Below are positions 24,291 to 31,589 of a stretch of DNA of 32,000 nucleotides, piece by piece. The notes under the pieces were generated by a model. That model had not been told where the DNA came from. It saw only the letters and a list, made by a program, of their open reading frames with translations, and did no database searches. Origin of the DNA: Pyrodictium occultum (GTDB lineage Archaea; Thermoproteota; Thermoprotei_A; Sulfolobales; Pyrodictiaceae); the NCBI RefSeq assembly GCF_001462395.1, contig NZ_LNTB01000001.1, forward strand, positions 90,001 to 122,000, written 5' to 3'. The position numbers and the translations under genes are program-made. Every line of letters begins with the position of its first letter. Within the stretch, counting starts at the first letter, position 1.

Positions 24291-24378
24291 GCGGGGGTGC
24301 CCGAGCCAGGTCAAAGGGGGCGGGCTTAAGACCCGCTGGCGTAGGCCTGCGTGGGTTCAAATCCCACCCCCCGCACCA
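24291..24378 (+). tRNA. tRNA-Leu (anticodon UAA), CCA encoded
   Basis: Same cloverleaf as the tRNA-Leu at 21627, but with anticodon loop CUUAAGA. It is 88 nt with only 3 differences from the other copy. Confidence 0.95.
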
Positions 24379-24379
24379 G

Positions 24380-25813
24380 TTAGTGGGTACAGGGAGCCTG
24401 CACGTCCACCTCAACTGGTACGGGCGTCGGGGCTCCATGCTTCCTCACTATCGCGGTACCTTCTTCCAGGCTTGAGAGCAGCGAGTCGTCCTCAAGGCCT
24501 ATTGCACGTGCAACGAGAAGCCTATCGTTTACCGAGACTATTCTATGTGCCACTATCGTATTGAAGTTAGCCTCGCTCAGCTCGGGGAGCAGGCGTGGGG
24601 TGTGGACAACCATTACGAAGCCTATACCGTATTTGCGTGTTTCAGCTAGCAGCTCGGGGACTACATTGTTGTTTAGCAGATTGTGAGCCTCCTCCACAAC
24701 TATGAGGATCCTGGCTGGCTGTCCAGAGGTGGCGAGGGTGTAGAGCATTTGGAGAAGATATATGGCGTACATCTTCCTTATGCGTGTTGAGCGTATAGAG
24801 TCGAGCCGGATTACTGTCGGCATTGGGTCCTTGAGATTCGCTATGGCTTCAAACCTCCTTGTGCCCCTTATCGTGAATAGGTCTGCATACCCGCTGGTTG
24901 TTATCAGGTTTAATCTCCTCAGGAGGGCTAGCCATATCTCCCTCTCTGCCTTCGTCATTTCATCCCGTTTCCTGGCTACTACAGAGGATATGGCCCGTAG
25001 CAGCTCGTGCACAGTGTTCCCCGATTCAAGAATACCCTGGATCTCCTCAATGACACCTGGCTCGAGCTGGCTGGTTAGGGCGTCGAGTAGTCCTTTAGCC
25101 GTGTTAACGCTCTGGCTGGCTGCCAGGGCTAGGAACGCGGCCAGTATGCTCGACTGGAAGGGGCTAAGCTCCAGCACGCTTTCCAGCACTGAGATGGAGG
25201 ACTCGAGGGGGATGCTGGGGCTCGTGAAGGCCACGGGGGGCAGCCTGGGGTGGGAGAAAACGTTGTATTCATCTACGCCCTGCTCCCGGAGTAGCTGCTC
25301 GTACTCTCCATGCCAGTCGAGTATAACCGGCTTGAAGCCTATCCTGCTGCTGCATGCAGCTATCCTTGCAGCGGTGTGGCTCTTACCGGAGCCCGTCGCC
25401 CCCACAACGAGCACGTGGCGCAGGAGAGCCTCCTCGTCAAGCACCAGGGGGGAGCCGGCACAGTAGCCTAGGACCAGGCCTCCAGCCTCCGCCCCTCCGG
25501 GGTACCCATTGCACCAGAGTATTTCATTGCCGCGGGGAGGCGGTAGCAGTGTGTACCCCTCATCCCCCTTCTGGCTTCCCGGCTCGCTTAGCAGAAGCCC
25601 TGGAGCCGTGACCGCGGCCTGGTACTCGCGTGCCGGCAGCTCTATCCTCGAGCTGCATGAGCCCGAGCGGCACTCGAAAACGTAGCGGCCGCCCGCGCCT
25701 AGCAGGCGCTTGTAGAACACGTCCATGTAGTCTACAAACTGCTCCCGGACCCCGGCCACTTCTAGGATGCTGGCCCGGCTGAGCAGCCTGCGGATCTGCT
25801 CCAGCGCCTGCAA
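24380..25813 (-). CDS. HerA/DUF87-type (FtsK-HerA superfamily) P-loop ATPase
   Basis: 477-aa ORF. Walker A is VLVVGATGSGKSHTAARI and Walker B is ARILIVVEEAHNLL, with a long helical insert between them as in DUF87/HerA-like proteins. Its stop codon is 1 nt from the tRNA-Leu CCA end. Confidence 0.8.
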   Translation of the reverse strand: MQALEQIRRLLSRASILEVAGVREQFVDYMDVFYKRLLGAGGRYVFECRSGSCSSRIELPAREYQAAVTAPGLLLSEPGSQKGDEGYTLLPPPRGNEILWCNGYPGGAEAGGLVLGYCAGSPLVLDEEALLRHVLVVGATGSGKSHTAARIAACSSRIGFKPVILDWHGEYEQLLREQGVDEYNVFSHPRLPPVAFTSPSIPLESSISVLESVLELSPFQSSILAAFLALAASQSVNTAKGLLDALTSQLEPGVIEEIQGILESGNTVHELLRAISSVVARKRDEMTKAEREIWLALLRRLNLITTSGYADLFTIRGTRRFEAIANLKDPMPTVIRLDSIRSTRIRKMYAIYLLQMLYTLATSGQPARILIVVEEAHNLLNNNVVPELLAETRKYGIGFVMVVHTPRLLPELSEANFNTIVAHRIVSVNDRLLVARAIGLEDDSLLSSLEEGTAIVRKHGAPTPVPVEVDVQAPCTH

Positions 25814-25876
25814 TAGACGCCCGTCAGAACCTCCGCGTGCGCGGCGTGGGCCCGGGATACGCTTCAGCGAAACTGC

Positions 25877-26476
25877 CTAGGAGCCCCGGCCGAGCATTTT
25901 GAATAGCCAGCGCAGCCTAGGCCTCCTGGCCCTCGGCATGCACCGGACGGGCGGCCTCCCAAACTCCCTCCTAAGATGTATGAATAGCAGCGCGGCGTGT
26001 ACAGCGTCGCTCACAGGATCGTGGAATCTCCGTGGGGGCATGTGCAGGCCAAGCGTTGCAGAGAGCGCATCCTCAAGGGTGAGACGCCCCGCCTCCACTG
26101 CCCTGCCCCTAATACTCGGTACGCTCAGCAGCCACGAGAGCACGTCGACGTAGCAGAGCTCTTCGGCGCCAACTCTCCTACGCCTGGCCTCGGCAGCCAG
26201 GAACTCTACGTCATGACGCCCGTATACCACTAGGACTCTGCCCCTCACCGCCCTAAGCACGTCCTCAAACCAGCCTTCGGCGCGGCAGGAGCCCGTGACC
26301 CCATGCACCAGCGCCGAGGCGCCAACGGTGCGAGGCGGCTCGGAGTAGTACACGACCCCCGAGAGGTCCAGAGTATGGCCGTCGAAAGGCACCACTGCCA
26401 CCGAGACCAGCCTGCAGTTATTAGGGTCGAGGCAGGTGGCCTCTACATCAACCGCGGCGTAGCCCCGGCCCCTCAC
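25877..26476 (-). CDS. DEDDh 3'-5' exonuclease (DnaQ/epsilon-like)
   Basis: 199-aa ORF. ExoI is AVDVEATCLD, ExoII is YGRHDVEFL and ExoIII is HDPVSDAVHAA. It overlaps the upstream gene by 4 nt. Confidence 0.8.
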   Translation of the reverse strand: MRGRGYAAVDVEATCLDPNNCRLVSVAVVPFDGHTLDLSGVVYYSEPPRTVGASALVHGVTGSCRAEGWFEDVLRAVRGRVLVVYGRHDVEFLAAEARRRRVGAEELCYVDVLSWLLSVPSIRGRAVEAGRLTLEDALSATLGLHMPPRRFHDPVSDAVHAALLFIHLRREFGRPPVRCMPRARRPRLRWLFKMLGRGS

Positions 26477-28131
26477 GGCCCCATACCCCGGCTCCTGGCA
26501 TAGTCCACAAACCGCTGGACTGTGCGTAGGACGGAGCGGAGAATCGAGCGCTCCAGGCCGCTCAGCTCGCCCGTCTCTACCCTAGTCCCGCCATGGACCG
26601 CCTGGATCCACAAGGTAAAGGAGAGCAGTAGCTCGTATGCCTCAGCCACGTCGGCCGCCAGGTCCCCCGGAACCACGCCAATAGCTGCCAGTTCACGTAG
26701 CCTATCAAGCGTGTTAACCGGCTTCCAAACCCCCTCAGCCATGGCGAACGCCTTGACCGCGTAGACCACTGGCGCGAGCCCGTGAGCCTTGAGGTCTAGC
26801 TCGCGTGGAAGCCTGCCAGCCAGCCCCAGCCTGGGCCTATAAGCGGGGAGCACTTCCAGGATGTAGCTGCTGGATCCCCGGAGGCTCTCGGCTATACTCC
26901 TTCGAACCCACTCGGCCGCACCCTCCCTTCCCCAGACGTTCGCGGCGTCATACATCATGCTGAGCATGACGAGGTTTTCATCCCGGGGGTTAGCAGCCAT
27001 AGAGCCTATAGCCTCGGCCAGGGCGTCTCCAGAGTATAGGAGGCGCCGAGCAGTATAGCCCTGCCTACAGCCGGGGAAGCCCGCCTTATCGAGGATAGAC
27101 TCCACCTCCTCGGCAAATGCACGTGCACGGCCCTCCCCTAGGCCCCAGTAGACCAGCATGGTATCCCTATCGCTCGCGAGAAACTGCTCAAGCCTCCCAT
27201 TACTGCCTAGAGTAAGGTAGGCAACTCCACTCTGTCCGATGCCAAGCCTCCTAGCTGCTAGATCAGCAGCCTTCTCCATAACGCCTCTAAGGGCTAGGCT
27301 CGCCATACGCACGAGATGCGCAGCCTCCCTGCCTTCTCCCGGGCGGAGGCGGCGAGCCTCCCGGCGGAGTACACGGACAAGCTCGTGATACCGCTCGGCG
27401 AGCTCCTCCACGCTGGAGGCGCTACGTATGCGCCGGAGCATATAGAGGGGCCCTAGGGCCTCCGCGTAGGCTATATCACGTACACTGACGACCCCCTTCA
27501 CCCTGCCATCATCGTCAACCACGACTAGGTGCTTCACATACCTCCGCATCATGAGATAGGCAGCCTCCATGCATGTAGCTGAGGTCCTCACGGAGAGCGG
27601 GTTAGGCGTCATATACTCGGACACGGGCCTCGATAAATCCATGTGAAGCGCAACCAGCCGGCGAAGATCAGTATCAGTGAATATGCCCAAAGGCCTCCGC
27701 TCACCATCAACAACGACTATCGAGGAGACACCCTCACGGTGCATTATGCCGACCGCTTCAACTACCGGAGTCTCGGGGCTAACCGTCACCGGGCTGCGAT
27801 ACACAAGGTCACTAACCGAACACGACTCCTCATCGCTGAGAGCAAGAACCGCGCGAGCACATTCGGTATCGGCGTAAATCACCACGGACTCTCGTACAGC
27901 CTTTACACCACCCTCCGAGACAACGTAGTCACCCGGCTCAAACTCCTGCTGCCCAACAGATAGCAGGCCGCTATAAACTATGTAGAGCCCAGGCTCCCGC
28001 GCCTCCTCGCCCTCACGGAGAAGCATGACACGGCTACAGGCAAGCATGTTCTCGAGAAGGCTGGGAGGAGAGTGGGGAAACACCTTAGAGTGCAAAAAAA
28101 CTAGGAGATCACGCGGCACGCGCCTCCTCAT
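26473..28131 (-). CDS. cNMP-binding + CBS-pair + DUF294 nucleotidyltransferase + DUF294_C protein
   Basis: The ORF is open to 28227; ATG 28131 (MRRRVPRDLLVFLHSKVF...) keeps a full cNMP-binding-like N-domain (LLREGEE...LYIVYSGLLSV). Two CBS motifs follow (VTVSPETPVVEA..., LSVRTSATCMEA...VVVDDDG). An NTase core (TLGSNGRLEQFLASDRDTMLVY) and a helical C-domain complete the protein. Confidence 0.8.
   Translation of the reverse strand: MRRRVPRDLLVFLHSKVFPHSPPSLLENMLACSRVMLLREGEEAREPGLYIVYSGLLSVGQQEFEPGDYVVSEGGVKAVRESVVIYADTECARAVLALSDEESCSVSDLVYRSPVTVSPETPVVEAVGIMHREGVSSIVVVDGERRPLGIFTDTDLRRLVALHMDLSRPVSEYMTPNPLSVRTSATCMEAAYLMMRRYVKHLVVVDDDGRVKGVVSVRDIAYAEALGPLYMLRRIRSASSVEELAERYHELVRVLRREARRLRPGEGREAAHLVRMASLALRGVMEKAADLAARRLGIGQSGVAYLTLGSNGRLEQFLASDRDTMLVYWGLGEGRARAFAEEVESILDKAGFPGCRQGYTARRLLYSGDALAEAIGSMAANPRDENLVMLSMMYDAANVWGREGAAEWVRRSIAESLRGSSSYILEVLPAYRPRLGLAGRLPRELDLKAHGLAPVVYAVKAFAMAEGVWKPVNTLDRLRELAAIGVVPGDLAADVAEAYELLLSFTLWIQAVHGGTRVETGELSGLERSILRSVLRTVQRFVDYARSRGMGP
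28094..28100 (-). terminator. T7 tract just after the actP-like stop codon (inside the 5' end of the next ORF)
   Basis: Plus-strand AAAAAAA at 28094-28100 reads TTTTTTT on the coding strand, 9-15 nt downstream of the symporter stop (28109-28111). Confidence 0.35.
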
Positions 28132-29860
28132 CGGTGGCACCCCTAGCAGCAACGGTGGCAGCGCTCTCTGTACGGACCGGTACGCGTATGCGCTCCACCA
28201 GCTCCTGCACCTGCCTCGGAGGCTCACTGGTGGCCAGCGACACCACTATGTTCACTATCAAGTTTACTAGGAAGCCGATAACGCCCCATGCTATAGTGCC
28301 TATCTTCTGGCCCGCTATGCTTACGGGACTCATGTAGCCCAGCGACACGCCCACGACGTACGGCACAGCAACTATCAGCCCCGCAAGCATGCCGGCGATA
28401 GCACCCTCCTTGGTGGCCCTCTTCCAGTGCAGGCCCAGCAGCATCGCGGGAGTCAGCGTTGAGGCAGCGAAGGCGAAGGCCCATGCCACAGTCTTGGCTA
28501 TATAGGCCTTTATCACGGGGTTGGCAGCCATCAGGTACGCTAGCAGGCCAGATATGAACGCTATGCTCACCATTGATATCCTTGCTATCATCAGCTCCTT
28601 CTTCTCGCTAGCCCTCGGGTTGATTATCGACTTGTAGATGTCACGCGTGGCAGCAGTGGTCATGGCCAGTATCAGACCGTCAGCCGTGGATAGCGCGGCG
28701 GAGATACCGCCCACCAGTATTATCGAGGCTATTACGGGCCCTAGGCCGTACATGTCGGGTAGGCCTAGCACAGCTATGTCCTTATGGATGCTGAACACGT
28801 CCTTACCGTACTCGAACACGCCATCACCATTCTCATCTACAAGCTTTATTAGCCCAGCCTCCATCCACTTCCTAACCCAGCTGATGCTCATAAGCTTCTG
28901 CTTCACAGCATCAAACGGCTGGCCATCCATGCTCTTAACCAGCGCGGTCAGCTGGTACTCCTTCTCACCCGCCAGCGCGGCGTACACCGGGGCTGTGAGG
29001 TATAGCAGGCTGATGAATAGCAGGCTCCAAGCCACGCTCTTACGTGCATCCCTCACGCTGGGCACAGTGTAGAACCTCATCAGCACGTGCGGCAGCCCCA
29101 TGGTGCCAAGCATCAGCGCCAGTGTGCTGAGCACCCAGTTGAGCTGCCCAGTACCGCTGGCATAGGGGCGCCAGAACGGCTCGGTCCATGCATGCCCCTT
29201 TAGCTGCTCGACTATCTCGTCAACCTTCTCCACGTGCTGCCCGTAGGCTATATGGGGTATTGGATGCCATAGGTGGCTTATGAGCACTATCGGGATCCAG
29301 TAGGCAGTTATCAGCGCGATGTACTGCGCCACCTGGGTCCAGGTAATGCTCTTCATTCCGCCGAGGCTGCTGTAGAGTATCACTAGCAGAGGCGCTATCA
29401 GAGTCATTATGGTGGCGTCGACTCCGAAGGCCCTGGACAGCACTATACCTACGCCCAGCAGCTGGCCGGTCAGGTAGGTCAGCGACACTACGTAGAGCAT
29501 TATGACAGCGAATAGCCTGGCAGTCTTACTGTAGTAGCGGTCCTCGAAGAAGTCCGGTATGGTGTACTTGCCGTAGCTGCGCAGGAACGGTGCCACAAGC
29601 ATGGCAAGCAGCACGTAGCTAAGGCTCCAGCCTATCAGGAAGACGCTGGCATCGTAGCCTAGAATAGCCACGGCGCCCGCCATTGATATGAAGCTAGCAC
29701 CGCTCATCCAGTCAGCGGCAGTAGCCATGCCGTTGCGGAGCGGCGAGACCCTGCGGGCCGCTACGTAGAACTCCTCCGTGCTAGTGGCGCGGGCCCTATA
29801 AGCTATTAGGATATAAGCTATTATGGTGGCCGTTAGGAAGGATACCGCGAGTACATCCAT
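28109..29860 (-). CDS. actP: Sodium:solute symporter family transporter (ActP-like cation/acetate symporter)
   Basis: 583-aa polytopic ORF with ATG start and SSS-family blocks (AADWMSGASFISMAG, ...GGMKSITWTQVAQY...). It is preceded by a DUF485 gene, as in bacterial yjcH-actP. Confidence 0.85.
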   Translation of the reverse strand: MDVLAVSFLTATIIAYILIAYRARATSTEEFYVAARRVSPLRNGMATAADWMSGASFISMAGAVAILGYDASVFLIGWSLSYVLLAMLVAPFLRSYGKYTIPDFFEDRYYSKTARLFAVIMLYVVSLTYLTGQLLGVGIVLSRAFGVDATIMTLIAPLLVILYSSLGGMKSITWTQVAQYIALITAYWIPIVLISHLWHPIPHIAYGQHVEKVDEIVEQLKGHAWTEPFWRPYASGTGQLNWVLSTLALMLGTMGLPHVLMRFYTVPSVRDARKSVAWSLLFISLLYLTAPVYAALAGEKEYQLTALVKSMDGQPFDAVKQKLMSISWVRKWMEAGLIKLVDENGDGVFEYGKDVFSIHKDIAVLGLPDMYGLGPVIASIILVGGISAALSTADGLILAMTTAATRDIYKSIINPRASEKKELMIARISMVSIAFISGLLAYLMAANPVIKAYIAKTVAWAFAFAASTLTPAMLLGLHWKRATKEGAIAGMLAGLIVAVPYVVGVSLGYMSPVSIAGQKIGTIAWGVIGFLVNLIVNIVVSLATSEPPRQVQELVERIRVPVRTESAATVAARGATDEEARAA

Positions 29861-29873
29861 CCACGCCCACCCC

Positions 29874-30158
29874 CTAGGCCTCTATACCATACTTCTCGTC
29901 GAGCTTGTTTATGGTAAAAGCATAGGCGAAGGCTAGGACAACGCCAAGCGCTATGCTTACCTGTATCATCCACCAGTTCAGCGGCGCGCCATTGATCCTT
30001 GCAGGGCTACCTGGGGGCGCGTAGAGGCTCTTAGCAGGCAGATGTAGGCCGAAGGCTATTGCCAGCCATACCAGGAAGAAGACCAGCGTCGCTAGCATAA
30101 ACGCCCTCTTGTACCTCTCATAGTCGACTCTAGCTAGTGCTGACAAGTCACCTCGCAC
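29874..30158 (-). CDS. DUF485 (YjcH-like) two-helix membrane protein
   Basis: 94-aa ORF with GTG start and two hydrophobic helices. It lies 13 nt upstream of the symporter, the classic yjcH position. Confidence 0.7.
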   Translation of the reverse strand: MRGDLSALARVDYERYKRAFMLATLVFFLVWLAIAFGLHLPAKSLYAPPGSPARINGAPLNWWMIQVSIALGVVLAFAYAFTINKLDEKYGIEA

Positions 30159-30525
30159 CGGCTCCCGACGTACTCTCGGTAGAAGTATTTAAAACTAATT
30201 ACTCCAGTTGTAAAAGTATAAAGAGTTATAGAACATGTAGAATTATGTATGCGGATATATGCTAAGCTCACAAGGAAACAGAAGAAGCAGGATGAAGACC
30301 GGGCCGGGCATCAACGTAGTATCGATACATCCTGGCCGAGGCGAACAATTACATCCGCTTGATTCCGGTGTCGCAGCGTGATAGGGATCAGGATAGCGTG
30401 ATTAGGCAACGTATATTATGGAGTAACGCAGGAACGGCGTCAGGGAACAGCTGTAAACCAGGCCGTGGCGGGCATCTGCGCCATAATACGGTTGAAGCCA
30501 GGGTTACGGCTGCGGCTTTGAGGGT

Positions 30526-30604
30526 TGGTGCGGCGGCCGGGATTTGAACCCGGGATCGCCGGCTTGGAAGGCCGGCGTCCTAGTCCAGGCTAGACGACCG
30601 CCGC
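30526..30604 (-). tRNA. tRNA-Gly (anticodon UCC), CCA encoded
   Basis: The reverse complement folds with acceptor GCGGCGG/CCGCCGC, anticodon stem CCGGC/GCCGG with loop CUUCCAA, and T arm CCGGG-UUCAAAU-CCCGG. Confidence 0.95.
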
Positions 30605-30795
30605 GCTCCATGCCGATGTTGTCCCTAAAAGGCCGGCGGATTATATCCCTTGATGCCGGGGGCCTGTGCTGAGAAGAGGGTCTCTTGACCCCCGAAGACG
30701 GGGATGAAGAGAGCCGGAAAAGCTGAGACCCTCCTCGCTTGAACCATTAGTGGTTAGCCTTAAGAGTCCCTGGCGGCGTGCCCCCTAGACATGGT

Positions 30796-30870
30796 GCCGC
30801 CGTAGCTCAGCGGGAGAGCGCCCGGCTGAAGACCGGGCGGTCCGGGGTTCGAATCCCCGCGGCGGCACCA
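30796..30870 (+). tRNA. tRNA-Phe (anticodon GAA), CCA encoded
   Basis: Acceptor GCCGCCG/CGGCGGC, D arm GCUC-AGCGGGA-GAGC, anticodon stem CCCGG/CCGGG with loop CUGAAGA, T arm CGGGG-UUCGAAU-CCCCG. Confidence 0.95.
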
Positions 30871-30924
30871 TCGGTGCCGCCCGGTCCGCATGCTCCCCTC
30901 TGCTTCTCGCTTCCCAGCGTCTAG

Positions 30925-31005
30925 AGAGGCCCGGTGATGAGGACTTGCCCATGCGAGCCCCTCGAGGAGGGGCGTTGACGTGGTACCGTGGCGGCTGAGG
31001 CTTCT
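30925..31005 (+). ncRNA. Candidate C/D-box sRNA (3), possibly co-transcribed with tRNA-Phe
   Basis: A 7-bp terminal stem AGAGGCC (30925-31) / GGCUUCU (30999-31005) encloses GUGAUGA (30934-40), 12 nt, GCGA, the hairpin GCCCCUC-GAG-GAGGGGC, a weak C' (UUGACGU), 13 nt and CUGA (30995-98). The internal boxes are poor and a competing hairpin exists at 30997-31015. Confidence 0.3.
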
Positions 31006-31048
31006 TGCAAGCCTCTTGCCTGCCCCTCGGGGTCCCAGGGCAGTGCTA

Positions 31049-31056
31049 CTTATAGA
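31049..31056 (+). promoter_or_regulatory. TATA-like box of the uS13-uS4 operon
   Basis: CTTATAGA is the only AT-rich element in the GC-rich spacer, ~62 nt upstream of the proposed uS13 start. Confidence 0.4.
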
Positions 31057-31117
31057 GGGGCTCACTCTGGCCGGGGCGCCTGGGGAGCAGGTATCGCGTG
31101 GACTGAGGTGAGCTGGC

Positions 31118-31567
31118 CTGAGCGAGCAGCAGTATAGGTACATTGTTAGAATAGCCGGCACGGACATACCGGGCGATATTAAGACTGTTTATGGGCTCTC
31201 GTTGATCAAGGGTGTTGGTGTTAACTTTGCCCTCGCTCTCTGCCGGCTCCTGGGCATAGATCCGAACAAGAGGATAGGCTTCCTCACAGACGCGGAGATA
31301 GAGAAGATAGAGAACGCTATAGCCAATCCCACCGCGGTGGGTATACCTTCCTGGATGCTGAACCGCCGTAAGGACTACGAGACAGGCAAGGATCTACACT
31401 TAGTAGGCGCTGATCTAATATACTATGTGAGGAGGGATATAGAGCGTGAGAAGAGGATTAGAAGCTGGAGGGGTATACGCCACGCCCTCGGCCTCAAGGT
31501 GCGCGGCCAGAGGACCGCTACCACCGGCCGCATAGGCATGACCGTTGGCGTGAAGAGGCGCAAGTAG
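31118..31567 (+). CDS. rps13: 30S ribosomal protein uS13 (S13P), apparent CUG initiation
   Basis: The ORF track starts at TTG 31202, but the frame is open from 31112. It encodes the conserved archaeal uS13 N-terminus [36 protein letters not shown]. The only near-cognate codon upstream is CTG 31118, 6 nt after GAGGTGA (31105-31111). That start gives 149 aa. Confidence 0.8.
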   Translation: MSEQQYRYIVRIAGTDIPGDIKTVYGLSLIKGVGVNFALALCRLLGIDPNKRIGFLTDAEIEKIENAIANPTAVGIPSWMLNRRKDYETGKDLHLVGADLIYYVRRDIEREKRIRSWRGIRHALGLKVRGQRTATTGRIGMTVGVKRRK

Positions 31568-31589
31568 TGTTAAACTCGGGGTGGTGGCG

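Noticed and set aside
21627-24378. The segment bracketed by two near-identical tRNA-Leu genes, considered as an integrated mobile element with att-like direct repeats
   Set aside because: Both repeats are complete functional tRNAs with different anticodons. The content is housekeeping (AMP phosphorylase, TFS-like protein). There is no integrase, and composition matches the flanks.
24762-25466. 234-aa plus-strand ORF, plus the 25354-25611 ORF
   Set aside because: Both are antisense to the HerA-like ATPase. Their products are Ser/Arg/Leu-rich low-complexity translations with no motif.
24379-30525. The HerA-exonuclease-DUF294-ActP block, considered as a genomic island integrated at the 3' end of tRNA-Leu(UAA)
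   Set aside because: I found no partial tRNA-Leu 3' repeat at the far end and no integrase or recombinase. Codon and amino-acid style is indistinguishable from neighbouring core genes. The AT-rich block at ~30181-30270 is the only compositional oddity.
30650-30726. A further C/D-like arrangement: UUGAUGC, 12 nt, CUGA, 28 nt, GGGAUGA, 15 nt, CUGA
   Set aside because: Both C-type boxes are imperfect, and the second spacer (15 nt) and the internal gap (28 nt) are off. There is no terminal stem and no dedicated TATA box. It is too weak to call.
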